A stretch of DNA of 64,000 bases from Nemertoderma westbladi (taxonomy: Eukaryota; Animalia; Xenacoelomorpha), in contig JAUCBJ010009105.1 in the NCBI GenBank assembly GCA_032718475.1, forward strand, positions 38,081 to 102,080, in the 5' to 3' direction. The notes under the pieces are model-generated. The model was not told the DNA's origin. It did not search any database and saw only the letters and a program-made list of their open reading frames with translations. Shown piece by piece: positions 48,318-61,289 of this stretch (position 1 is the stretch's first letter; the number at the start of each line of letters is the position of its first letter). The translations under genes and the position numbers were made by a program.

Positions 48318-49425
48318 TACAGGGAGACTGTTTTTCCCCGCTATGTTTTATTGTATTTATATCTGACTTGGCGTGGGCTTTCCGACAGACGGTATCTTTC
48401 CTAAAGTTCCTGTTTTACGCCGACGACCTCGTACTATACGCCCCGGACAGACAGACTATTCAAAATGGCTTGGACGTACTTCAATCATGGTGTCTCAAAA
48501 ATGGAATGGACGTCAACTTAGTGAAAACTAAAATTGTAAAATTTAGAAAGGCAGGACGTTTGGCCGCTGCAGACAAATTTATATATGGCGGCAGCGACAT
48601 AACAATATGTAATGAATACGACTACCTGGGTGTTACACTACAGTCCTCGCTAAGTTTCACGAAACATATTACCTCAAAAAAGAAAAAATCGTATAGTATT
48701 ACGGGCTCTCTTAACAACCTCAGGCTTTTATCTGTTGACACTGGATTAAAACTTTTCAGGATGAAAATTGCCCCTATGGCTCTCTATGCCCTTCCTGTCT
48801 TCGCCCGCTTCCTAACCCTAGCAAACCTGAAAGATCTGGACCGCATCAAATCAACTTACATTAAACGGTTGCTCGGCCTTCATATCACGGCTTCATCGAC
48901 TCTAGCTTATCATCTCGTTGATGAACAATCTTTTATCGAAGACATAATTACGAAAACACCTCTGATATTTAACAATGAAGTTATTACGCAATACAATCAT
49001 TACCGCCACAACCGTGAACTCAACTTTATCCAAGAAAATTACTCAAATGGCCCTGCTTTTGCTTCTTCTACCTGGAAACTATCTAAACAGCGCAATCGTC
49101 ACGTATTAACAAGATTTACATCTCACGGTTTTCACCACAAAATTTGCCAAACAAACCGGCCTTTCCACTCACTTTCAACAGACTGTATCTGCCTCTATTG
49201 CCATGGCAACTGTTGTGATCGCTACCACGCTTTGCACTGTGCATCTGCACCGACTCTGACCGAACTAGCCTCTAAATAAAACTCGGAACCTTTACTTTGC
49301 ACTACGCTCCTTTAAATTTAAATTTAATATTCTGGTGGCGGTTTGTATTATTAATTATAATAGTTTATTCATAATTATTGTGCTCTAAACTATATTACCT
49401 TGATTAAAGGTGTAGTTAAACTATA
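48318..49425 (+). mobile_element. 5'-truncated LINE (RT C-terminal half + Cys/His tail; RTE-X/L2-group-like), ORF ends at 49279
   Basis: QGDCFSPLCFIVFISDL...FYADDLVL...KTKIVKFRK...YDYLGV...CLYC...HALHC. ATAAAGAATTTA is duplicated at both flanks (about 48290 and 49426). Confidence 0.82.
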
Positions 49426-50493
49426 ATAAAGAATTTATTTACTGTGTTACCATTATTAAGGGAAGCCTATTGTATTGTATACGCTCACTAGGGATACCCT
49501 AGCCGCAGCCGTCGTGTCAGACATCCAATCGATTCAACTCACCTTAAATTTACTACAGTATATTTATCCTTGTCTGTGTCACTAATGAACTGCATACACC
49601 CCATGTTAGATAAATACATGTTCTGGAAGGACTATTTACGACATTGGCTGCCGCTCCCATTCACTAATAAAGGGCCCTTCTATTTTGTTTCCTTATTAAA
49701 TTGAATTATTAAATTAAATCTATGTATTTTCTGGAATTAATATATATGACATGTGCTATACATGTATATAAATAAACGGTAGTTAATAGCATTGTAGTTC
49801 CAAGCCCTGGGTATGATTTACTGCCCATTCCGAAAGAGGCGACTATTATACAGTATATTATATATACAGTATATATATACAGTATATTGAAAGAGAGTGG
49901 AAAAAACTAGTAACAGAAGGCAATAATTCGGTGAAGATGTTGAGTTGATGTGAGTATCCTTATACAATTACTGTATCGTTGGTATTAACATTTTTCGTGT
50001 GATCAACAAAAGGAGTTTCAACACATAAAATACATACAGTACAGTAGTAAAAGCTTGGCTCCGGCTTAGTTTTCGCCCTCTCTGGCCTTGCGCGCTCCCT
50101 GGTCGACTCCCCCCCCCCCCCCCCCCACACGCAACGCCACTGCCACTGGGGAATAGTATTCCAAATCGTATCTGTGATGTGTTTCCAGTTGTTTCGGCTT
50201 TCTAGCATATTAAACTGTATGTAAGGTCCCATGGGCTCTGCTGCTCTGTGTCGAATCGAATTTAACGGAGGCCTAAGCGTTTTGCGTGACATTTCTCTCG
50301 TATCTCATCTGGACCAATCAGGAAACAGTATTCGACTACGCGTATGTGAAATCGAAATCGCTCAATGTAATGTATAGATTCGTGGATACGTACGCACATA
50401 CGTGGATACGTACGGCATACGTTGAAAAGTAAAACCCTTTTTTTAAGACCTCCTCAGCTTTTTCACCGGTGAGTATACAGGTATATGTCACAC

Positions 50494-53400
50494 GGGTCAT
50501 TCCATGCTAATTCGACCAATCGGTGTGGCAAGGGTCGGAAATTTTTGACGAAATTTTAACCACTTATCAATTCTAGTGAAAAAACGATATGGTGAAAATT
50601 TCAGCCGAGTTGGTTTAGCCGTTCTCGAAATATTGATGTTTTAAATTTGGCAAAATTCCAAAAACCAGTGAAGTACATTATTTGAAGTGGTGTCTGCAGT
50701 TGATCTGATTATCAGTTTAATGTTAATTGTATGTGATTCAAAATAAACGATGCCTGAACTTCAATATTTTTATTACTAAATGAATAAACTATTAATCAGA
50801 AAGATGGCAGACGATTTCAAAGTTGCCTCAAAAATGCGAATTTTTGAAAAATGTCGACATTTGAGACCTCAGTACATTAGTCTGACAACTAGTTTATCTG
50901 TTATTTTAGTTTTCCTGGTTAGAGTGACTCATAATGATTCGAATCATATAACTTTAGTTGGTAAACTGATAATCAGATAGTCTGTATGACTGAATATCTG
51001 GGTGAAGAATCTGAAATATGTCAAAAAATGCAATATTGGCGGCTCTGGTGGAGAGCTCTGATTATAGCTATGTTCATGAGCTTTTTTACCTGACATCTTT
51101 GACACAAAATGAGCGCCATATCAAAATTTGAAGAGTAAACTAGATGTTCTAGAGCGTGTATGACTCATTTTAAAATTCTAATAAATTAAAATTTTAAATG
51201 GTCCTCAAGGTGGTCTGACAATTAGTTTTTTGATAAAAATACATTTTTTCAAACGATATCCGGGCAGAAGACTATATTTCAAAATTTAAAGCAAAAACTA
51301 ACAGTCAGACCCATTATCTGACCTACTATTGAATTATTTCGAGTAAGTATCTGATCACGTGCTGCTCGAATTATCGCTCGCTTGATATAAATCGATTTTA
51401 TCCAACTATTATTATAACATAACAGTATAACAATACATTAATTCGAAATATAAATCAAAGACAGCCAGACAAACAAAATATAATTCGTTTTTGATGTTAA
51501 GTAATAGTAGGCCAAATAATAATTAAAATTAATTAAAAATGCCGCAATACTATTATAATTAAAAAATAATAACTCTGGAACTTGACTCTGGAACCAAATC
51601 ATTGGAGTCGAAGTGAAACAGCTAAATATTTTGGAACCACTGAGTATATGGTGAAGGAGGCAAGGAAATTGAAAGATGAGAAAGGACTGTTTGGGGTCAG
51701 AGACGACTACAAACCACGTGGAATAATCCTGACAGAGAACTCCCAGAAAAGTATTGTATCATTCTATAATCATGATGATAATGGCCGTCTATGCCCAGGG
51801 CAGAAGGATTTTGTTTCAGTAAAAACTGAAGAGGGGAGAAGCCATGTCCAGAAGCGGCTGTTGTTGGGTACTCTTAACGAGCTTTATGAAATGTGGAATC
51901 TTGAGAAGGGAATTGAAATTCCTAAAGTTTCATTTTCGGTTTTCGCTTCTCTTCGACCTAGACATTGCATTCTAGCTGGAGCGGCAGGAACTCACACTGT
52001 ATGCGTCTGTGTACATCACCAGAACCCAAAGCTCAAGGTCGCCGCCCTTCATTCATCTGAAATTACATACAAGGAGGTAATGAGTCAGGGAGTGTGCTCC
52101 CTTGAAGATAGAAAGTGCATGATAGATACAGGTACATGCAAGAATTGTCCGGGTAAAGAGAAGATTACTGAATACGTGGCTAATTTAATAGATGAGACAA
52201 TGGACAAAATTACATACATGCAGTGGGGTACTGGGGGAGATCGTGCAATACTAAATAAAATAACGCAACCAGTAGAAGAATACATTGAAAGCATTGGTGA
52301 TGAGATAATGAAGTTAACCTCTCACCACTATATCCACTACAACAAGCTAAATATTTAAAGAACCTAAAAAATGATCTTCAAGCTGATGAGATAATTGTGT
52401 TATTGGACTTTGCAGAGAATTTCACATTCGTTGTGCAAGGCGAAATTCAATCATACCATTGGGAAAACCCCCAAGCAACGCTTCACCCCTTCGTTATATA
52501 TTCCCATGAAAGATCTCCTGAAAGAATTCCCATCAAGATAATTGGGTACTCTGTGACAAATGCGATGAGTCATGGTCATATACTAGTTGCTTGTCACCCG
52601 ACTTCGATTATGATCTAGACTTCATTTGTAACAAGTGTGTCTTGGCTAGTTCTAATTAATTCCAGTAATTCCAATATATTCTGTAATAATCAATAATTCT
52701 GTAAAATAAATATACTCAGATATCAATTGTACATTGTTAATACTTTTCATTTTAAATTAGAAATTATTAGACTGTGTTAAATTCGATGTGATATACAAGG
52801 ATCAAGGAAGGACATACTGTACTGGTACTCCTACTGAATACTCATTTTTATATAATATATTATGTAATGCTGTATGTACATTGTGGCGGCTGGTGGAGTC
52901 TTCAAGTTTCGAGTGGCATGTATTCAGAAATTATATTTTTATAATAGTTTACTTAACTACTCTTAAGCCGAACTAGTTTTATTGTTATATTTTGAAAATT
53001 TTAATTTTTTATGTATTAATTACCGTATATCATTGGAAAATATGTACATGTTACAAAAACTATCAGTCTGTCAGTATTGTTGTGCAATAACCGACCAAAA
53101 TTTATCTACCAGTACTGTTGATCAGTTCATAAATAAAGGTCACACTAGAGAATTGTGTAGTTCATTCTGTCATTAAGGCCTTAGGCCTATACTGTTCGGA
53201 TAAATTTATATGTACTGTACTATTCGAATTTAATATTTTTTTATTGTGATACCCCACTTACTTGGCATAGTAGAGTAGGCCTCGTCATACAGGCATTCGG
53301 CTCTGGGCCAATGAGCAGCTGTGATTTTTATACTAGGGGCCTAATTAATTTCTTATACTAATCCGAACTAATAATATGTGTCTGGCTGTTGTTGTTTTAT

Positions 53401-54399
53401 ATTACGAAGTATTTTTGTCATTATTACATCGTTTGAAAAATGTATCCGTTTACCAAACAAAACTTGTCGTATCGCATCATTTTTAATTAACTTTAATTAT
53501 TATTTGGCATACTATTACTTAATATCAAAAACGAATTATATTTAGTTTGTCTGGCTGTCTTTGATTTATATTTCAAATTAAAGTATTGTTATACTGTTAT
53601 ATTATAATAATAGTTGGATAAAATCGATTTATATCGAGCGAGCGAGAATTCGAGCAGCACGTGATCAGATACTTACTCCAAATAATTCAATAGTAGGTCA
53701 GATAATGGGTCTGACTGTTAGTTTTTGCTTTACATTTTGAAATATAGTCTTCTGCCCGGATATCGTTTGAAAAAATGTATTTTTATCAAAAAACTAATTG
53801 TCAGACCACCTTGAGGACCATTTAAAATTTTAATTTATTAGAATTTTAAAATGAGTCATACACCCTCTAGAACATCTAGTTTACTCTTCAAATTTTGACA
53901 TGGCGCTCATTTTGTGTCAAAGATGTCAGGTAAAAAAGCTCATGAACATAGCTATAATCAGAGCTCTCCACCAGAGCCGCCAATATTGCATTTTTTGACA
54001 TTTTTCAGATTCTTCACCCAGATATTCAGTCATACAGACTATCTGATTATCAGTTTACCAACTAAAGTTATATGATTCGAATCATTATGAGTCACTCTAA
54101 CCGGGAAAACTAAAATAACAGATAAACTAGTTGTCAGACTAATGTACTGAGGTCTCAAATGTCGACATTTTTCAAAAATTCGCATTTTTGAGGCAACTTT
54201 GAAATCGTCTGACAGCTTTCTGATTAATAGTTTATTCATTTAGTAATAAAAATATTGAAGTTCAGGCATCGTTTATTTAGAATCACATACAATTAACATT
54301 AAACTGATAATCAGATCAACAATTGATAAGTGGTTAAAATTTCGTCAAAAATTTCCGACCCTTGCCACACCGATTGGTCGAATTAGCATGGAATGACCC
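50494..54399 (+). mobile_element. Sola2 DNA transposon, internally deleted, ~1-kb TIRs, 4-bp TSD
   Basis: GGGTCATTCCATGC...GCATGGAATGACCC termini with TSD ACAC (50490-50493 and 54400-54403). TIRs span about 50494-51540 and 53478-54399. Confidence 0.88.
51582..52510 (+). pseudogene. Sola2 transposase fragment (frameshift near 52340, truncated)
   Basis: FY..DD..R.CPGQKDFVSV, QKRLL, FSVFASLRP, CVCVHHQN, then DFAENF...QGEIQSYHW...QATLHPFVIY. Confidence 0.85.
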
Positions 54400-55126
54400 A
54401 CACCTGCAAGTACACCCCGACCCCATCAGTGAAAAAACACGACCCCATCAGACAGAACACAGCTCACAGTCTGGCAGTACAGCAGTAGACTGCAGTAACC
54501 TGGTGCCTGGTACAGCGTGCAGCAGTACAGTCAGACAGTGGTAGTATAGTAAGTAGTACCGGTAGCTTCACCAGCTACCACCTGCCAGCACTCAGGCACT
54601 GCCAGACTGCAGCAGCATCAGCGTGTATAGCCTGACAGCCGACCTGTCCACTGGTTCTGGTGTCAGGGTGTTGCGTTGCGTTGCGTTGCCGTACCGATAC
54701 AGCGATAGGCCAGAGGCTGAGAGGGCTGACTCCTGACAGCCTGACTACAGCTGTACTGAAGTACCGGTATACTGGTAGGCCTATATGATTTATTGTCATT
54801 TAGTATCATTCTGCATTCGGTGTGATTTGGTTTGCAGGTTTGGTGTGATTTGGTTTGTGATATGGATGGAGTGATTTCAGGATTTGGTGTGAGCTGTGAG
54901 GTGTCAGGGTGTGACTTGCTGACTTCAGGACTTGGGTGTTTAGACGGACCCCGGTACTCTGGCAGTCTGGTACTAGGCCAATCCTGCAATCCAAATCCAG
55001 TAATCAATAATACAGGGATGAAAAAAAACCAACTGGCGGGCAGGCCTAGTTAAGGAATTTGAGCTTATCATACTGCTGCACTGTACTGCTGTTGCTGTAG
55101 GCTGGTAGGCTACGTGTACCAGGCAG

Positions 55127-55160
55127 CCAGGTTGGAATTCGTGCTGCAAAACGCTGCAAA
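55127..55160 (+). mobile_element. Solo terminus related to the 35205 MITE
   Basis: CCAGGTTGGAATTCGTGCTGCAAAAC versus CCAGGTTGGAATTCATGCTGCAAAAC. The partner end was not found. Confidence 0.55.
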
Positions 55161-56386
55161 TTCGGAGCACGGAGTGCGTCACGCGTAGACCGGTACCTGG
55201 TACGGCCAGACCCAGACGGTCGCACGGTGCCTTCTCGAAAGCAGAAAGCGCGGCAGCACGGCTGCACGGGCACACCTCAGACAGTCAGACACCTAGCAGC
55301 AGCAAGCTCAGAAGCTGGCAGGCAGGCAGGGCAGCCTACAGGCCTAGGCCAGTAGGCAGCTAGGTGCGGGTGCGCACACTCTGCACTCTGTGCAGTTGTG
55401 AGCCATGTGTCAGCCTTCAGCTACAACCTCCAACGTATGGCAGTATGGCAGTATGGCAAAAATGCATAATTCTAGCTGCCAAGCCAATGTCATGAATGTC
55501 ATTTTAGCAAATAGGCTACATTGACGTGATGCTGTGATAACCTGAGTGATAGGCCGTACGCCCAGCCTGGAAAATGTTTGCAAAAATTAAAACGCGTTGT
55601 GCGCGGTAAAATAATGGGTGCGCGTGCGCAGAAAGGCCAAAAACGTGCGCCGTGCGCCCACAGAGCAAGCCACATGTGCGCGCTTGCGCGCACATGGCAT
55701 ATGTGTACATGGCATATGTGTGTGCGCGCTCTTGCGCGCCAAAAATTTTCCTGTTTTTCTGCACATATGCTGAAAACATATGTAAGTAGGCCTACGGAAA
55801 TTTTAATTGACATGTATTGTCTTGTATATATGTATTTATGTCGTCATATGCATTCGTGGCAGGTTATTTCAACTATTTCGTTTTCGATTTCCATACTTAA
55901 ATATGTTTTAAGCATATGTTTAGAAAAACAGTTAATTTTTTAGTTCAAAATTTATTATTTTTTATCATAACACTATTGCTTGGCAAGGTAAATATGAGGC
56001 GCCGTTAACGCCAAAAGGTCAGCAATAATATTAAAGGTTTTAAAAAGAATATTAGAGAATTTCAAAACATATTTTCGGTATGGCCCGTACCGTAACCCAC
56101 CCGCACTACTTCAGTGTTTAGCCTATGCCTGTACAGCTGTATGCTGGTATGCGATGAGTGCCTGGTGCCGTGTACAGGGGGTGAATTTCTAGGGGCAAGG
56201 CTGAAAGCTGCAAGGGATAAGAAAATTATCTGTACCGCGTACGGTACCGGACTGCCGGAAGATTGTAGCTAGTACCTAGTCTGATAGTACAGTATGCAGT
56301 AGTAGAATAGAAACTATAAATAGCTGAATAGGCTTCATTAATTCTGTAATTTATAGTTAGTTACAAATTATTTATTGCAAATTACA

Positions 56387-56665
56387 ATGGCGAAAAGGAC
56401 AAAAAAGGTTGGTATTGTTGGCAAATATGGAACTCGATATGGTGCATCTTTGCGAAAACTCATTAAGAAAATGGAGATCACTCAACATTCGAAGTACACC
56501 TGCCAATTTTGCGGTAAGGAAAATATGAAAAGAAACGTAGTCGGTATATGGGAATGTAGTAGCTGCAGGAAGAAGGTGGCTGGTGGTGCCTATGTTTACA
56601 ATACGATAGCTGCCACGACTGTACGGAGCGCGGTGCGAAGATTGCGGGAGACCAAGGAGATATAG
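56387..56665 (+). CDS. RPL37A: 60S ribosomal protein L37a (eL43), intronless, 92 aa
   Basis: [24 protein letters not shown]...CQFCGK...[16 protein letters not shown], intact. ATG at 56387. Confidence 0.96.
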   Translation: MAKRTKKVGIVGKYGTRYGASLRKLIKKMEITQHSKYTCQFCGKENMKRNVVGIWECSSCRKKVAGGAYVYNTIAATTVRSAVRRLRETKEI

Positions 56666-56851
56666 ATGAGAGTGTTTATCTAGGTGTTGGAGTTACAGTG
56701 GGTCAATGGAGTGAATAGAAAATAGTAAGGCTGAATAGAATGAATATATCAATATTGGACTATCTGACTGTCTAACACTAGTTCTACAGTTTGTCGGTGT
56801 GTTGGTAACATTATCAGATGGTCACGGATGATCCCTGGTTGTTATAATGTA

Positions 56852-57051
56852 TAGGGTGTTTTTTTTATTTCTCATTATTACTTGTAATTTAACCTATGAA
56901 TTGAGGATAATAGTTAACTATTTACTGAATGATGCGGCGGATATTTTCTAATGCCGTAAATTCAGAAATCCAAAATATTAAAATACGACATTATGAATTA
57001 TGGTGTTCAAAAACGTAAAAAGCAAATGGAATCTATAAAAGAAACACCCTG
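56852..57051. mobile_element. Mariner-like MITE (~200 bp)
   Basis: TA|(T)AGGGTGTTT ... GAAACACCCTG|TA termini. Confidence 0.55.
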
Positions 57052-59267
57052 TATATTTATAGTTATTGTAAATTAAAACTATAGTATGCTATACAGTATT
57101 AGTTAACAATATTATACTGTATTGGAGTTAATGATATTTTCTTTCGAATAAGATAATATTGGCCTAAGGGTGAACAAAATGTTACAATACCAATAACCCC
57201 ATAGAACTTCAAACTATAGTTGTATTTAGCGCAAGTTAAATTCATATATTTTGTTACAGATACTTAAATATTCGAATGGCGCCAATTTCGTAAAGTACTT
57301 GATAACAAAAAAAACAACATTCAATCCTCAGTATTCCCCGTTAGGAAAGCCAGGGCGTGGTAGTTTAGATCAAACCATGTTACTTTCATATTGGGGGGGG
57401 GGGGGGGGGGCACCACCGGGTTAAGATGCAATCAAAATGCATCCCTCTCCAGGGGAAAATCGGCGAAACCTGTTCTATTGACTTTAGCTTTTTGTGTTTT
57501 GGTTAGAATAACGTGCAGCTGTAACCTTCCATTAATTGATAATTTAACATTGAGACCAAGTTATGGAAGTAAATATGGTATGGAACGCCTCCCACACCAA
57601 ATGTCACGGAAGACATTAGCTACAGTTAAACGCAAATCATTAAAGGACTTCCAGTTGAGTCCCACCTTGGCGTAGTCGCTAAATCCGTTGCCTATGGAAT
57701 ATAGGTCTGGCTGGGGACATCGCACAGGAAATAGTTGTCAGACTTTGTGCGTAACCCATGGCCTAACGGCCGAATAAAACTTTAGTTTTGCAAGGAACCC
57801 AGTATCCAGTAAACACGATTAAGCACATTGGTTACCCCCAATAGGAAGGACATACGCCTTGCTTGGAGGAAACTACGTCGTGTTGGAGAATAAAGAAATA
57901 TTGTAGCTGATTTCACATTGGCTAAATTGAAGGCTTAATAACGTAGACCCGCTCAGTTCTGATTTATATCGTCGGTAAAAAGGGAAAATAGTATTTGGTA
58001 CAAGGGAAAAAGGGCATTTATGCATGCGGATTCCTGACAATGTCCTTCACTTTCTGGCGAAATATTTAAAGCCTGATGGGATTTTTGTACAAAAATATAG
58101 CATTTTTTCGGCAATGTTTTGGGTCTAAAGGGCGTTTGTGTAAAATCATGTAAATTAAATTTACTTAAAGAAAATTTAGTAAAGGAAAAAGGGCATTTGA
58201 TTTAGGTTTTTAGTGTCTCCTGGACAATTTTTTAGGTCCGCGTAGCTAGACCCCTAGTATTCACTCAGTTGTTGTTAATTTTCAGTTTGGTTTTGGTAAT
58301 AAGGCTTCATTCGGCGCAGTGGGTAGAGGAGAAGCGGAGTTGGTAGAGCGTTGGACATGGAATCATTACGTACCGAGTTCAACATTTTTTTGTTTAAGAT
58401 TTGGTAGTAAGCCATTGAAGGAGACAGTTCATGCGTTAGTAGACGCGGACCTTTGAGCGAATTCGCGCTTGTTTTAATCGAATGCCCCTTTGCCTAATAA
58501 CCGACGATTTGGCTTTTATAAATTTTAAGTTTACTTTTAAGTTTTACTGTGGAAGATCACCCATGTTGGTAAACAAGCGCATTTCTAAAGTATTATCCCC
58601 TATTATAATTTTTTCCGTTTTTTTTGGGCCGTTTTTGAGGACAGAGTATTCCCACAAACACTATCGGTTTTCTGCGAGCCAAATATGAATATTCTGCCGC
58701 CGCATACTGCACACATTAACAGTAACAGTTATATGCTAAATACCTCTCAACCAAACTAAGTAACGTTTTACAACAATATCATACCTTACTTTATTTATTT
58801 GTATGGAAATAATTTAGGGCTACAAAATCGCCAGGGCGACATACATATTTCCAACTTTATATCGCAGTGCGACATTATTTCTCAGTATGTCCCTACGCCA
58901 TACATTTTACTATGTATTTCCAGTATATGCAGTATGTCACCGCGTCATTATTAGGTTGTTCTAGAAAGTTTAAGTGCATAACTACAAATAATTCCAAACA
59001 AATAAATAAAATTAGATTCGCCATTGTTCATAATTAGCACATTAAAGCTTTTACGGCCCTCGTTTTATTTTTATTTTAAATTCACTCGTTCCGTAAGCCG
59101 TAACGCTATAAAGTGCTATTTTATGAACAATGACGTATATAGTTATGTTTTTAAGGAGAGAAATTTCTAATCTATTTACAAAGAAAAATTGAAACTAAAC
59201 GAACTTAATTTCTAACTTCATAACTGGTAAAACCACGGATTCACACAATATGAATGATTGTTTCCTT

Positions 59268-60150
59268 ACCGCCTCCGTCCCAAAACTCGCCGCACACTAC
59301 CCGACTTCCACCGCCTCCGTCCCAAAACTCGCCGCACACTACCCGACTTCCACCGCCTCCGCCCCAAAACTCGCCGCACACTACCCGACTTCCACCGCCT
59401 CCGCCCCAAAACTCGCCGCACACTACCCGACTTCCACCGCCTCCGTCCCAAAACTCGCCGCACACTACCCGACTTCCACCGCTTCCGTCCCAAAACTCGC
59501 CGCACACTAACCGACTTCCACCGCCTCCGTCCCAAAACTCGCCGCACACTACCCGACTTCCACCGCCTCCGTCCCAAAACTCGTCGCACACTAACCGACT
59601 TCCACCGCCTCCGTCCCAAAACTCGCCGCACACTACCCGACTTCCACCGCCTCCGTCCCAAAACTCGCCGCACACTACCCGACTTCCACCGCCTCCGTCC
59701 CAAAACTCGCCGCACACTAACCGACTTCTACCGCCTCCGTCCCAAAACTCGCCGCACACTACCCGACTTCCACCGCCTCCGTCCCAAAACTCGTCGCACA
59801 CTAACCGACTTCCACCGCCTCCGCCCCAAAACTCACCGCACACTACCCGACTTCCACCGCCTCCGCCCCAAAACTCGCCGCACACTAACCGACTTCCACC
59901 GCCTCCGTCCCAAAACTCGCCGCACACTACCCGACTTCCACCGCTTCCGTCCCAAAACTCGCCGCACACTAACCGACTTCCACCGCCTCCGTCCCAAAAC
60001 TCGCCGCACACTACCCGACTTCCACCGCCTCCGTCCCAAAACTCGCCGCACACTACCCGACTTCCACCGCCTCCGTCCCAAAACTCGCCGCACACTAACC
60101 GACTTCCACCGCCTCCGTCCCAAAACTCGTCGCACACTACCCGACTTCCA
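59268..60150. repeat. 42-bp minisatellite, 21 copies
   Basis: Unit ACCGCCTCCGTCCCAAAACTCGCCGCACACTACCCGACTTCC. Confidence 0.97.
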
Positions 60151-60593
60151 TCTTTAACATTATCTCCCACACTTAGCATGTTAATTAAGACCACAGTGCC
60201 TTTATACAGTATACTTGTAGCCCGCGCCGCCTTTACACATTTTATTATCCCTAAGGTCGGACGGCTGTGTACCGCCCATATCTAGAACTGGATAATGATT
60301 GGAGGTATATTGTATTTATTTAATTAAATGATAATTAATTAGCAATACAGTAGTTTGGAATTTTATATAAATATCTAGACCGATAAGAAAATAGTCATTA
60401 GTCCAATCCAATCATCTAAGCTAATTTATTTTGCTTGAGTGTATTGGACAAGGAGAAAAAACGCATCGTATTTTAAATCGGATAGGATTAAGTTAATAAG
60501 TTATTGCTTTTCATGAGACAGAGACCATTCTTTGTAAGTATTTCTATAAATACAATATATTTATTTCTGTGTCTTTGTTTGAGTAAATCAGAG

Positions 60594-61289
60594 TTAATAT
60601 CTAAAATTCAGTAAATATAAAAGTAGAACGACAGATAATCCTGCACTGACAACCCAAATAAATAAGATCCCCCAAAACTTTAAATTCGCAGAGCTATTCT
60701 GCCACTTCTCAAAAAGTCGAATAACTTGATCTTTAGTTTCCTCCAAAGTCCCGGAATTATCAACAACATTAGTAGCCAAAGAAACCTTCTCTTCCAAAGG
60801 CATTTGGCTTTCTATTCTGAGTTGCGCCTCTTCTAGCGTGTAGTTGTTGCGCTTCAGTAAACGATTGATTTGGCAGTCGGAACTACAACTGACCACAGTT
60901 GTCTCCTCGAGCAGCGGAAGAAGACGACTCGCTTCGAATAACAACGGAATATCCAGAACTATAAATCGGTAACCGCAAAATAAATGCATCGCCACAGATT
61001 TTAACATTCTCAGTTGAATTCTCTTGTGGGTTACCGAGTTTAGATGATGTCGCTTTTCCGGGTCGCTGAATATAATATCCGCGAGTTTTTCCCGGTTGAG
61101 GGTCCCATCGGGTTTCAGGATTCCGGTTCCGAAGTCGGCCACGATGTCGCGATAGGCCGGTTGTCCCGGTTCCACGATATCTCGCGCTATTTGGTCCGCG
61201 TCGAGGACCGCGCATCCCAGGTCCCGCAGCATCCGGGCCACCGTAGACTTTCCCGTGGCGATCCCGCCAGTGAGACCGACGAGAAACAT
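60594..61289 (-). CDS. DCAKD: Dephospho-CoA kinase domain-containing protein, intronless, 231 aa
   Basis: MFLVGLTGGIATGKSTV P-loop, DADQIAR, LNREKL, DIPLLFE, RIESQMPLEEK, VVDNSG and a C-terminal hydrophobic segment. Confidence 0.94.
   Translation of the reverse strand: MFLVGLTGGIATGKSTVARMLRDLGCAVLDADQIARDIVEPGQPAYRDIVADFGTGILKPDGTLNREKLADIIFSDPEKRHHLNSVTHKRIQLRMLKSVAMHLFCGYRFIVLDIPLLFEASRLLPLLEETTVVSCSSDCQINRLLKRNNYTLEEAQLRIESQMPLEEKVSLATNVVDNSGTLEETKDQVIRLFEKWQNSSANLKFWGILFIWVVSAGLSVVLLLYLLNFRY

Larger units (their letters stand above)
46821..49838. repeat. Diverged ~640-bp direct duplication (46821-47465 vs 48091-48300 + 49430-49838)
   Basis: Shared blocks include GGATATTTTTATTATTTAGAAATTAAAATAGCC, GCCGCAGCCGTCG, TTGTCTGTGTCACTAATGAACTGCATAC and GCCCATTCCGAAAGAG. 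The second copy is interrupted by a LINE. Confidence 0.8.
46433..50348. mobile_element. Composite TIR element (42-bp TIR CACATACGCGTAGWCGAATAYTGTTTCCTGATTGGTCCAGAT) with an internal duplication and two LINE fragments
   Basis: 46433-46472 is the reverse complement of about 50307-50348 with 2 mismatches. No TSD is visible. Confidence 0.6.

Noticed and set aside
50780-54239. Pair of near-identical 66-aa ORFs on opposite strands
   Set aside because: They are the two copies of the Sola2 TIR, not genes.
58325-58390. tRNA gene or tRNA-derived SINE head
   Set aside because: A-box-like (AGTTGGTAGAGCG) and B-box-like (GAGTTCAA) motifs are present, but I could not build a cloverleaf or acceptor stem.
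59241-60285. Extensin-like or Arg-rich proteins from plus-strand ORFs
   Set aside because: Multiple frames are open simply because the 42-bp unit lacks stops.
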